Source of the DNA: a virus
Taxonomy: Duplodnaviria; Caudoviricetes
Reading direction: 5' to 3' (one strand)
Length of the DNA stretch: 38,133 nt
Virus record (IMG/VR): IMGVR_UViG_3300020264_000020
Location: 1-38,133 of that record
Within the stretch, counting starts at the first letter, position 1. Each line of letters begins with the position of its first letter. The notes under the pieces were generated by a model. That model did not search any database. It saw only the letters and a list, made by a program, of their open reading frames with translations, and was not told where the DNA came from. Of this stretch, positions 17,313 to 25,834 are shown piece by piece. The position numbers were made by a program, and so were the translations under genes.

Positions 17313-17796
17313 ATTGAAGAATCCCCTAACAGGGAAATATTATGAATTAAAAAATCTAGTCTTGGGTGAGAGGTTTCCTTGGTATGCCTCTAACAATGGA
17401 TTGGATTCATTCAACTACTACTCTCATGTATTCTTAGAGAGACCAGATCATATACCTGTGGTTAAACGGTATCCTGTGGTCTCTTCACCATACATAGATC
17501 TCCTAGACGATGTGTTGGAGGAGATCTTTTTGCATAACTCCATCTCTCCGTCTTGCATCTATCGCATGAATGCAAACGCGACAGATCCTGGATACAAACA
17601 ATCTACTTGGCATAAAGATCATGAGTTTCCACACCACAACTTACTGATATATCTTACCGATGCTGGTGGTATAACTAAGGTTGAGGATAAACAATATGAT
17701 CCTAAGGAAGATGACATCATTACCTTTCAAGGTGAGCACTGTCACATGTTGCCTAAAGAGAAACGTCGTGTCGTATTGGTAGTGACCTATGCCTGA
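17302..17796 (+). CDS. 2OG-Fe(II) oxygenase-like protein (HxD type)
   Basis: FPWY, WHKDH, LIYLTDAGGIT, FQGEHCH and RRVVLV match the short cyanophage oxygenase pattern. Confidence 0.7.
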   Translation: MIAELKNPLTGKYYELKNLVLGERFPWYASNNGLDSFNYYSHVFLERPDHIPVVKRYPVVSSPYIDLLDDVLEEIFLHNSISPSCIYRMNANATDPGYKQSTWHKDHEFPHHNLLIYLTDAGGITKVEDKQYDPKEDDIITFQGEHCHMLPKEKRRVVLVVTYA

Positions 17797-18574
17797 GATT
17801 CCTGAAATTGGTATTGGATCAGCAGAGATCCGTGACATTGCTATTCCAGACTGGGCATGGGATCCACCAGTCACAAACGTCCCCTACAGTCCTGTAACTA
17901 TTGATGTGGGTGTACCTATTGTGGACATCCCTGGATGTGTAGAGGCACACGAATCAAACAATAAGTCTAACGTTGTGGGTGATGATGATCCTAAGGGTCT
18001 TGTCACCTATTGTGATGGCAATATGCCATCCTTTCAGGCACCAGACTACGAGCCTAATCAGATGACCTTCACAGGTCCTCCTACGGTCGCTCCCAAGTTG
18101 AAACAACCAGAGGTCACTACGCCTGAAGTCCCTAAGACTCCAGAAGTTAAACCACCAGTAAATACTATTAAGTGTCCCACAGCAGAGCAACTGGCAAAGG
18201 AGCCAGTGGGATTTATCTTTGACAGTGGTAGAAAGGAAGTTACTGGTTACAAACTGGTGGGCACTCAGTGTATCCGTGAGGTCCGTGATGTGCCTATCGT
18301 TGAGCAAGCAATCAATGGAATACCCCCAGCAGGCATCGTAATGACCACTGGGGGTATTGCTGTAGTTGCTGCCACGTCTGCGTTACTGGCCAAACCTTTT
18401 GCAGACATCCTCTTGAAGATCATCAAACCTACAGTGAAGAAGGTTGTGAAGAAGATTGCTGCTATCAGGGGGAAGAAGACTCCCGTCCTGTCGATAAAGG
18501 AGCGCCGAGATCTTCAGCGCGAGAGGACTGAGGCGATTCGGAAGTTGAAGTCTGTTTTGAAGCCGAAGGGATAG
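17789..18574 (+). CDS. Pro-rich protein with Cys pairs, C-terminal TM and basic tail
   Basis: PGCVEAH...YCDG, KCP...QC, TM segment GGIAVVAATSALLA and a K/R-rich end. Confidence 0.75.
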   Translation: MPEIPEIGIGSAEIRDIAIPDWAWDPPVTNVPYSPVTIDVGVPIVDIPGCVEAHESNNKSNVVGDDDPKGLVTYCDGNMPSFQAPDYEPNQMTFTGPPTVAPKLKQPEVTTPEVPKTPEVKPPVNTIKCPTAEQLAKEPVGFIFDSGRKEVTGYKLVGTQCIREVRDVPIVEQAINGIPPAGIVMTTGGIAVVAATSALLAKPFADILLKIIKPTVKKVVKKIAAIRGKKTPVLSIKERRDLQRERTEAIRKLKSVLKPKG

Positions 18575-19361
18575 AGTGGACATGTGGTGCGATTGCATTT
18601 TTATTCATGACCACCACATCTGCACAGATAGCAGCATACTTTGTCCCAGGCTTAAACTGGATACCTTGCTGTAAAAGCTGACCACAATTTTTGAGTCTCG
18701 CGATCTCAAAATCCAACCGCTTATTGGCAGTTAGTTGTTGTTGCAAACCAATCTGAGTAGCAACTGCTTCCTTACATTGCTCCTGCAACTTCTTATCCAA
18801 GGGACGAGACCATGTTGCAGAGAAACCAATGCCTAGGTTGTAACTATCTTTCTGTCCTGTCCTAGTATTTTTGAAGAAGAGCACGTCTCCTGGATTATCA
18901 ATACGTCCATCGTCATCGGTGTCAGCGACATCGTATACAGGATCCAGATAGTAAGGCTCATATGGTTTCTGAGCACTCACACTCCCTGTTACATAGGGAG
19001 TGAAATTCATTGTTGGACCCTGACAGGAAATGCCTCCCCCGTATTGGTTCGTAATATAAGGACCTTGGAGGACTTGGATGGCTTGGTTGGTAACTGAGCC
19101 AGAGCTATTAGCAACAGGGCTAGCAGTAGCGGATACACCGCCAATAGTTTCAGACAATGCCTGACCAGGGGTAAGGAAGGACGACGCACTTAAAATTACT
19201 GCTGGAAGATACTTGTAGTGTCCGTTACGCTTGTTATTTCTGTCGTTCTTTGGATAATCGTTTGTTGACTTAAACCAGGACCTTGATACGTTTCCGTGAA
19301 TTGAAACGCTGCCCCTGGTGTTGTCTGTGTGAATGTTGGTCTGCTGTTGACGCCTGTCCAT
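18465..19361 (-). CDS. Secreted/outer-membrane-like protein (start uncertain)
   Basis: Signal-like YLPAVILSASSFLTPGQALS|ET, amphipathic strands (MNFTPYVTGSVS, YNLGIGFSATWSRPL), a coiled coil and 4 Cys. GGAG lies 10 nt before ATG 19361. Confidence 0.75.
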   Translation of the reverse strand: MDRRQQQTNIHTDNTRGSVSIHGNVSRSWFKSTNDYPKNDRNNKRNGHYKYLPAVILSASSFLTPGQALSETIGGVSATASPVANSSGSVTNQAIQVLQGPYITNQYGGGISCQGPTMNFTPYVTGSVSAQKPYEPYYLDPVYDVADTDDDGRIDNPGDVLFFKNTRTGQKDSYNLGIGFSATWSRPLDKKLQEQCKEAVATQIGLQQQLTANKRLDFEIARLKNCGQLLQQGIQFKPGTKYAAICADVVVMNKNAIAPHVHSIPSASKQTSTSESPQSSRAEDLGAPLSTGRESSSP

Positions 19362-19630
19362 GATGATGTCACTCCATCAATAGTTACATTGTTATTTCCA
19401 GTGCCAGGAGAAAGATTACCTGAAGCACTGATTCCACTTCCAGTTACTGAATACTGATATCCAGTGTTGTAGTCCATCGAATTGATGGTCTCAGTTATCT
19501 TTTGTGTTGTTTCTGTGTGGCTAGTAAGGGAGCCCTGGGTGAAGTTTGGCACCACGGGCACGGCTTGTGCCGCCCCGTGGAATGCACCAAGGATCAAACC
19601 AAGACCAATTGCCTCTTTAAGTCGATCCAT
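19196..19630 (-). CDS. Secreted Thr/Ser/Gly-rich beta protein
   Basis: Signal peptide ending AQA|VPVVPNF, with a GAGG RBS. Confidence 0.8.
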   Translation of the reverse strand: MDRLKEAIGLGLILGAFHGAAQAVPVVPNFTQGSLTSHTETTQKITETINSMDYNTGYQYSVTGSGISASGNLSPGTGNNNVTIDGVTSSWTGVNSRPTFTQTTPGAAFQFTETYQGPGLSQQTIIQRTTEITSVTDTTSIFQQ

Positions 19631-19638
19631 GATAAACC

Positions 19639-20133
19639 TCAGTCGATAACGGTGATCTCCGAAACGTATTGACCCGTAGCAGTAGTGCCTGCGCCACCAG
19701 CCGTGACGGTCAATACACCTGCACTGGTTACAGTACCAGCAAGGTCGCCAGCACTTCCAGCTGAGTAGGAAAGGACTGACCCGTAGTTGGGGACAGCACC
19801 AGTAGAGGGGGCACTGGTTGGGATAGCATCAGCCTGTGTATAAGATTGACTGAAACTAAATGCTGCACCAGCAGTGTCCTGTGTAGCAGTAATAGTGCCA
19901 GGGTTATATACACCAGAGGTGATAGTGCCAGCGGATACAGCACCAGCGGTTGACCCGTCAGTAGTATCTATATTTGATCCTGAGATACTGAAGGAAGAAC
20001 CAATTCTGGTTGCCTGGGTCCGAGCAGCATCCACAGTCAGTTGCACACTGGCAGCGTGCTTAGTAACAAGTCCGCCAGCATTTGCTGCACTTGCGGTCAT
20101 CAGTAACATTGCGAGAGGTAAGAGTTTTTTCAT
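19639..20133 (-). CDS. Secreted Ala/Gly/Thr/Ser-rich beta protein
   Basis: Classic Sec signal MKKLLPLAMLLMTASAANA|GG; first gene after a - strand CTAAATA box. Confidence 0.82.
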   Translation of the reverse strand: MKKLLPLAMLLMTASAANAGGLVTKHAASVQLTVDAARTQATRIGSSFSISGSNIDTTDGSTAGAVSAGTITSGVYNPGTITATQDTAGAAFSFSQSYTQADAIPTSAPSTGAVPNYGSVLSYSAGSAGDLAGTVTSAGVLTVTAGGAGTTATGQYVSEITVID

Positions 20134-20160
20134 GCCATCTCATAGATTTGGATCCAGAGC

Positions 20161-20167
20161 TATTTAG
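20161..20167 (-). promoter_or_regulatory. Late promoter variant for the - strand operon
   Basis: The - strand reads CTAAATA, 27 nt before ATG 20133. Confidence 0.65.
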
Positions 20168-20241
20168 CAAAAACATATGTTCATGAAATGTGACTGCGGA
20201 AAACCGAACCTGTATTTTTTAAGGTTTGTTTCTATATAATA

Positions 20242-20288
20242 TGGTTGCCTTCGGGGACCACACAATCTAATCTCGCTTTATAAGGAGA
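20242..20288 (+). promoter_or_regulatory. Structured hsp20 5'UTR: cUUCGg hairpin plus SD-sequestering ROSE-like hairpin
   Basis: TGGTTGCC-TTCG-GGGACCA (20242-20260) and TCTC-G-CTT-TAT-AAG-GAGA (20271-20288). Confidence 0.65.
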
Positions 20289-20294
20289 AGTAAA

Positions 20295-20783
20295 ATGACT
20301 GGACTGCGTAAGTTTGGCAGCAAAGATCTTGGTGCGATCGTAGATGCTGCAGAAAGATATAGTGTCGGACTAGACGACATTTTTTACCGACTGCATTCCT
20401 ATGGAATGGGATCAGTTAACGAAGCGTATCCCCCTTACAACCTCGTGAAAGAATCTGAGGTCAAGTGGAGGATCGAAATGGCACTTGCTGGCTGGGACAA
20501 GGACGAAATTGAGGTCTCTACGGAAACAAACGTCCTCCTAGTCAGGTCTAAGGCAGCGAAGGCAAAGGGAGAGGAAGAGTATCTGCACCGTGGGGTGTCT
20601 ACTCGCACCTTCGCTAGAGGTTTCAACCTGTCGGATGATGTCGAATTGGGCACAGTCCGCTTTACAAATGGACTACTGGTGATAGAATTACGGAAGATCA
20701 TTCCTGACCACCAGAAACTGAAAGTCTATGATATTTCTGATGAAACTCCTCCGAGTGATGACCCACCCAGTGAGTCTGTTTAA
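20295..20783 (+). CDS. hsp20: Small heat-shock protein Hsp20
   Basis: YPPYNL, IEMALAG, YLHRGVSTRTF and FTNGLLVIEL (alpha-crystallin domain). Confidence 0.94.
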   Translation: MTGLRKFGSKDLGAIVDAAERYSVGLDDIFYRLHSYGMGSVNEAYPPYNLVKESEVKWRIEMALAGWDKDEIEVSTETNVLLVRSKAAKAKGEEEYLHRGVSTRTFARGFNLSDDVELGTVRFTNGLLVIELRKIIPDHQKLKVYDISDETPPSDDPPSESV

Positions 20784-20928
20784 TGGTCTGCTGGTTGGAT
20801 TCTTGATCGTCATAGGGTTGGCACACAACCATGCTCATTACACTATGGAAGTTGATGCTGACTCTTATGTCAGAGCATTCTGTAAAAAGAATCCTGACAC
20901 CTGTCAAAGTTACCTTGACGATTATTGA
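20740..20928 (+). CDS. Small membrane-anchored cyanophage protein
   Basis: TM segment LFNGLLVGFLIVIGL followed by HNHAHYTMEVDADSYVRAFCKKNPDTC. It overlaps the hsp20 end and precedes a terminator. Confidence 0.6.
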   Translation: MKLLRVMTHPVSLFNGLLVGFLIVIGLAHNHAHYTMEVDADSYVRAFCKKNPDTCQSYLDDY

Positions 20929-20945
20929 TATATAGTATGCAACTG

Positions 20946-20975
20946 AAGAGACCACCCTCACGGGGGTCTCTTTTT
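20946..20975 (+). terminator. Rho-independent terminator
   Basis: AAGAGACC-A-CCC-TCAC-GGG-GGTCTCTT, running into a T tract. Confidence 0.8.
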
Positions 20976-20989
20976 GTTTGGAGAATCTT

Positions 20990-21229
20990 ATGAATCATTA
21001 TGTAAATCTATGCCCTGCATACTCTGAGAAGACTGAAACTCTTACCGTAGATCTCCCTCCCGAGCATATGGATGAGTTTATGCAGATGGTGCATATCCTT
21101 GCGGATACTAGAAACCAATCTGCCCGCCGTGCCTTTGTGGACATGGTAAAATACACATACAATAACCTGATGGAGAAGACCTATGATAAAAATCGCAAGA
21201 ATGCAAAGCGGCGAGGACGTAATCGCTGA
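20990..21229 (+). CDS. Hypothetical protein
   Basis: 79 aa, GGAG RBS, basic C-terminus overlapping the next gene. Confidence 0.6.
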   Translation: MNHYVNLCPAYSEKTETLTVDLPPEHMDEFMQMVHILADTRNQSARRAFVDMVKYTYNNLMEKTYDKNRKNAKRRGRNR

Positions 21230-21605
21230 CGTAAAGGAGATTCGTGAGAGTCCTGATTCTAAACAGGCACTGGGATATGAGTTTGCTGATGCATTTACTG
21301 CGATGATTCAGCGTCCTACGGACAGCATGTTCCTGACTGAAGAGACACAGGAAGATTCGCTTGAGCAACTTAAGGATATGAAGTTAGAATTCTTTCCTTG
21401 GGCACCTCTTGCCTCTGGTCGTAACATCGTTTCCCTCTTCTCTGTAGTGTCTATGTCAGACCCACATGAAAATGTGCTGGCAGGATACGAGCAGGTGCTA
21501 GAGCAGTATAAAAACCTTCAGAAACCCAAAGACAATGCTGAAATTGATTATTCTCAAACACCACCCGCAGACCTACTTATTGGGGAGTCTGACGGAGCTG
21601 GATGA
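21183..21605 (+). CDS. Conserved phage protein, probable Sm-like fold
   Basis: MIKIARMQSGEDVIADVKE...FFPWAPL, with a GGAG RBS. Confidence 0.7.
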   Translation: MIKIARMQSGEDVIADVKEIRESPDSKQALGYEFADAFTAMIQRPTDSMFLTEETQEDSLEQLKDMKLEFFPWAPLASGRNIVSLFSVVSMSDPHENVLAGYEQVLEQYKNLQKPKDNAEIDYSQTPPADLLIGESDGAG

Positions 21606-21777
21606 GGAGCCGAGTCTCCTCCTGGAGGACTGCTATAGCGTCACTCCAGAGGGCGATTTGCAATACTACCCCCTCCATACTGATCAGCGTTTTGTTTTCT
21701 TGACAACAGACGACGTGATGACTATACTGGATCCGTCAGATACTATCGTCAAGGCATACAAAACACGGAATGAGTAA
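21535..21777 (+). CDS. Small conserved protein upstream of g43 (possible Sm-like fold)
   Basis: 80-aa beta-rich ORF that overlaps both neighbours. Confidence 0.6.
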   Translation: MLKLIILKHHPQTYLLGSLTELDEEPSLLLEDCYSVTPEGDLQYYPLHTDQRFVFLTTDDVMTILDPSDTIVKAYKTRNE

Positions 21778-24274
21778 TTTTTACACGAATCTCGTATTGC
21801 TGGGCGACGACATTCTCTATCGTGGATACGAGCACGGCACTCCTGTGCAGTATCGAGAGAAGTCTCGTCCAGTTATGTTTATGGTGCCTCAGGCACAGTC
21901 ACGTCCGACTGATTATCGCACCCTAGACGGTCGCAAGGCATACCCCAAGCAGTTTTCTGGTGCTCGTGAGGCAAGAGACTTCATGAATCAGTATCAGGAT
22001 GCTGCTGGCATGGAAGTGCATGGGTATGAGCGGTTTGTGTATCAGCATATCGGTCAGAAATTCCCTGGTGAGATCGACTATGACATGTCACAGATGAAGA
22101 TCTACACGATTGACATTGAGGTGGCATGTGAAAATGGTTTCCCTGATGTGCAGGCATCTGCTGAGGAGATGCTGTGTATTACGATCAAGGATTTCAACAC
22201 CAAGAAGACTATCACCTGGGGCACACGAGAGTTTGCTCCTGCCGATACTGAGTATCGTGTCTTCTGGACCGAGCAGGAGATGCTCACTGACTTCCATAAG
22301 TGGTGGACAGAGAATACTCCTGACATTGTGACTGGTTGGAATTGCAACCTGTACGACATTCCGTACATCTGTCGTCGCATTGAGCGTGTCCTTGGCGAGA
22401 AGTGGAAGAAGTCTCTGTCACCCTGGAATCGTGTGATCGATCGTGAGATCAAGATCATGGGTAGGACTAACCTCGCATACGAGTTGACAGGTATCAACAT
22501 TCTTGACTACCTGGATCTGTATAAGAAGTTTACTTACACCAACCAGGAGTCCTATCGTCTTGACCATATCGCCTTCGTGGAGTTGGGTCAAAACAAATTG
22601 GATCACAGTGAGTTTGAAAACTTCAAGGACTTCTATACCTCAGACTGGCAACGCTTTGTTGAATACAACATCCAAGACGTTAATCTTGTTGACCGTTTGG
22701 AAGACAAGATGAAACTGATTGAGTTGGCAATCACTATGGCATTCGATGCTAAGGTCAACTTTGAGGATGTGTATTCGCAGGTGCGTATGTGGGACACTCT
22801 TATCTACAATGATCTCGGTAAGAGGAATGTTGTTGTCCCTCCTAAGCAGACATCGAAGAAAGATGAGAAGTATGCAGGTGCATATGTGAAAGAGCCTGTG
22901 CCTGGTCTCTATGACTGGGTGGTCTCCTTTGACCTTAACTCTCTGTATCCTCACCTGATCATGCAATACAACATCTCACCTGAGACGTTGGTTGATCGTC
23001 GCCACCCCACTGTCACAGTGGATAAGTTGTTGGACCAGGCGATAGATATTGATGGAGAGTATGCTGTGTGTGCTAACGGTGCTCAGTATCGTAAGGACAT
23101 CCACGGTTTCCTCCCTGAAATCATGCAAAGGATCTACGATGAAAGGACCATTTACAAGAAACGAATGCTTGCCGCTAAGCAAGATCTTGAAAATGCCAAG
23201 ACACCTGCAGAGACCATGGCACTTCAAAAGGATGTGTCCAAATTCAACAACATCCAGATGGCAAGAAAGATCCAACTCAACTCTGCCTATGGTGCCATTG
23301 GAAACCAATACTTCCGATATTACAATCTGGCGAATGCTGAGGCGATCACTCTCTCGGGTCAAGTCTCGATTCGTTGGATTGAGAATCGGATGAATGCATA
23401 CCTAAACAAGATTCTTAAGACCGATGATACTGACTACGTTATTGCTTCTGATACTGATTCCATCTATCTCAATCTGGGTCCTTTTGTACACAAGGTATTC
23501 AAGGAGCGAGAGGCAAGCGATGAGAGTATTGTTAGGTTCCTTGACAAGGTGTGTGAGGTGGAATTTGAGAAGTATATACGAAATTCTTATGAAGCGTTGG
23601 CGTCCTATGTGAATGCCTACGAGCAGAAGATGTTTATGAAGCGAGAGAATATCGCTAACAAGGGCATCTGGACTGCTAAGAAGCGTTATATTCTCAACGT
23701 CTGGAATAGTGAGGGTGTGCAGTATGCTCAACCCAAACTGAAGATGATGGGTATCGAAGCAGTGAAGTCTTCTACTCCTGCTGCTTGCCGCACTGCAATT
23801 AAAGAGGCACTCAATGTGATCATGACTGGCAGTGAAGAAGCAACTCAGGAATACATCAAAGACTTCCGTGATAAGTTTGAGTCCCTCCCTCCTGAGGAGG
23901 TAGCATTCCCTCGTGGGTGCAATAACATCGCAAAGAATTCTTCCCCTGCTACCATCTATGGCAAGGGATGTCCCATGCATGTGCGTGGGGCGCTACTATA
24001 TAACTTCTGGATCAAGAAGAAGAAACTGTCCCACAAGTATCCTCTCATTCAGGAAGGAGAGAAGGTGAAGTATATCCACTTGAGGACACCTAATAAGATC
24101 AACGAGAATGTGGTCTCATTCTTCCAGACTCTTCCGACTGAATTCGGTCTTGACAATAGCATTGACTACGACTTACAATTCACGAAGAGTTTCCTTGATC
24201 CTCTCAAAGCCATCCTCGATACCATCGGATGGAAGGCAGAAAAAGTAAACACGTTGGAGGCACTGTGGTCTTGA
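21770..24274 (+). CDS. g43: gp43 family B DNA polymerase
   Basis: Exonuclease motifs DIEV, GWN...YDIPY and YNIQD; polymerase motifs [23 protein letters not shown] and KKRY. Confidence 0.98.
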   Translation: MSNFYTNLVLLGDDILYRGYEHGTPVQYREKSRPVMFMVPQAQSRPTDYRTLDGRKAYPKQFSGAREARDFMNQYQDAAGMEVHGYERFVYQHIGQKFPGEIDYDMSQMKIYTIDIEVACENGFPDVQASAEEMLCITIKDFNTKKTITWGTREFAPADTEYRVFWTEQEMLTDFHKWWTENTPDIVTGWNCNLYDIPYICRRIERVLGEKWKKSLSPWNRVIDREIKIMGRTNLAYELTGINILDYLDLYKKFTYTNQESYRLDHIAFVELGQNKLDHSEFENFKDFYTSDWQRFVEYNIQDVNLVDRLEDKMKLIELAITMAFDAKVNFEDVYSQVRMWDTLIYNDLGKRNVVVPPKQTSKKDEKYAGAYVKEPVPGLYDWVVSFDLNSLYPHLIMQYNISPETLVDRRHPTVTVDKLLDQAIDIDGEYAVCANGAQYRKDIHGFLPEIMQRIYDERTIYKKRMLAAKQDLENAKTPAETMALQKDVSKFNNIQMARKIQLNSAYGAIGNQYFRYYNLANAEAITLSGQVSIRWIENRMNAYLNKILKTDDTDYVIASDTDSIYLNLGPFVHKVFKEREASDESIVRFLDKVCEVEFEKYIRNSYEALASYVNAYEQKMFMKRENIANKGIWTAKKRYILNVWNSEGVQYAQPKLKMMGIEAVKSSTPAACRTAIKEALNVIMTGSEEATQEYIKDFRDKFESLPPEEVAFPRGCNNIAKNSSPATIYGKGCPMHVRGALLYNFWIKKKKLSHKYPLIQEGEKVKYIHLRTPNKINENVVSFFQTLPTEFGLDNSIDYDLQFTKSFLDPLKAILDTIGWKAEKVNTLEALWS

Positions 24275-25284
24275 GTTTTCTAAATGACATTGTAAAAGAG
24301 ATTGATAATGAGTATGCTGGTCTGGTTTCTGACGGTGTATCAGCAGGCGATACTACTGCTTTCATTGATACTGGGTCTTACATCTTTAATGCTCTATGCA
24401 GCGGGTCAATCTTTGGTGGCATCCCGTCGAATAAGATCACAGCTATCGCTGGCGAATCTTCAACTGGTAAGACTTTCTATTGCCTCGGTATCGTTAAGCA
24501 TTTTCTTGAAACTGATCCTGACGCAGGTGTAATCTACTTTGAATCTGAGTCTGCCATCTCTCGTGAGATGATTGAGTCACGAAACATTGACAGTAATCGT
24601 ATGGTTGTAGTCCCTGTTACCACTGTGCAGGAATTCCGCTTGCAAGCAATCCGCATTTTGGATAAATATCTGGAGCAACCACCAGACAATCGCAAACCAA
24701 TGATGTTTGTCCTGGACTCCCTGGGCATGTTGTCAACAACCAAAGAGATTGAAGACAGCGAAGCAGGCAAGGAGACCCGTGACATGACTCGTGCTCAGGT
24801 TGTTAAGTCCATTTTCCGTGTCCTTACACTCAAACTGGGTAAAGCAAATGTACCTCTCATCGTTACCAATCATACATACGATGTCGTCGGAGCATACGTC
24901 CCCACTAAAGAAATGGGTGGTGGTAGTGGTCTTAAGTATGCTGCTTCTACTATCATCTATCTCTCGAAGTCTAAAGAGAAGGATGGGAAGGAAGTCATCG
25001 GAAACATCATCAAGGCCAAGACAGCAAAGTCCCGACTCACTAAAGAGAATTCCATGGTGGAGACCCGTCTCTTTTATGATGAGCGGGGTCTAGATAAATA
25101 CTATGGTCTCCTGGAGTTGGGTGAGAAGTATGGTGTCTTCCAACGTGTAGGCAACCGATACAAAGTTGGCGAGTCTTCCATCTATCCAAAGCAGATCCTC
25201 AAAGATCCTGAGAAATACTTTACTGATGAAGTGATGGCATCTCTGGAGGAAGCAGCACGTCAGGAGTTTAGTTATGGATCTTAA
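24271..25284 (+). CDS. uvsX: UvsX RecA-like recombinase
   Basis: [24 protein letters not shown] and MGGGSG; probable TTG start overlapping the g43 stop. Confidence 0.94.
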   Translation: MSFLNDIVKEIDNEYAGLVSDGVSAGDTTAFIDTGSYIFNALCSGSIFGGIPSNKITAIAGESSTGKTFYCLGIVKHFLETDPDAGVIYFESESAISREMIESRNIDSNRMVVVPVTTVQEFRLQAIRILDKYLEQPPDNRKPMMFVLDSLGMLSTTKEIEDSEAGKETRDMTRAQVVKSIFRVLTLKLGKANVPLIVTNHTYDVVGAYVPTKEMGGGSGLKYAASTIIYLSKSKEKDGKEVIGNIIKAKTAKSRLTKENSMVETRLFYDERGLDKYYGLLELGEKYGVFQRVGNRYKVGESSIYPKQILKDPEKYFTDEVMASLEEAARQEFSYGS

Positions 25285-25834
25285 GCATTTCATTCGTGTG
25301 TATGATGATGTGCTAGATGAGAATCTCTGCCGACACATCATCAATGGTTTTGATAAGGAGCAAAATAAAATCCTGATGAATCAGGATAGCATTAAGTTTG
25401 CTACTCTTAACATGACTGAAATGGCAGAGAAAGAGCAGCAACAAAACTGGGGTCTCATTCAAAATCAGGTTGTATCTGCACTGCAAGCATGTGGTCAGCA
25501 ATACATTCTTGATTTGGATTGTGAGAAATATATGCCTCAACAAAATGCTCTGGAGCAGATCAAGATTGTCCGTTACAACCAGGGTGAGGGTAAGTTTGAT
25601 GAGCACATTGATGTTGGTGACTATGCATCAGCACGTCGCTTCGTCGGTTACTTTGTTTACTTGAATGATGTAGAAGAAGGTGGGTCTACTTATTTTCACA
25701 ACAGTGATTATGAAGTAGAGGCAAAACGTGGTAGGATTGTCATGTTTCCTCCCACCTGGCAATACCCACATGCTGGTCTAGTCCCCAAGAGTGAGGACAA
25801 GTATATTCTAACCACCTATTTGCACTATCAATGA
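25274..25834 (+). CDS. 2OG-Fe(II) oxygenase (prolyl-4-hydroxylase-like, HxD)
   Basis: [28 protein letters not shown] and KYILTTYL. Confidence 0.88.
   Translation: MDLKHFIRVYDDVLDENLCRHIINGFDKEQNKILMNQDSIKFATLNMTEMAEKEQQQNWGLIQNQVVSALQACGQQYILDLDCEKYMPQQNALEQIKIVRYNQGEGKFDEHIDVGDYASARRFVGYFVYLNDVEEGGSTYFHNSDYEVEAKRGRIVMFPPTWQYPHAGLVPKSEDKYILTTYLHYQ

Noticed and set aside
19196-19630. Possible baseplate/structural label for the VPVVPNF protein
   Set aside because: It has a clear Sec-type signal peptide, is small, and lies outside any tail module.
20196-20232. Imperfect inverted repeat (GAACCT...AGGTTT) between the divergent promoters
   Set aside because: Short and mismatched, and I cannot assign it to a known operator such as CIRCE.
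23541-23570. TTGACA inside g43
   Set aside because: No -10-like hexamer at 16-18 nt.
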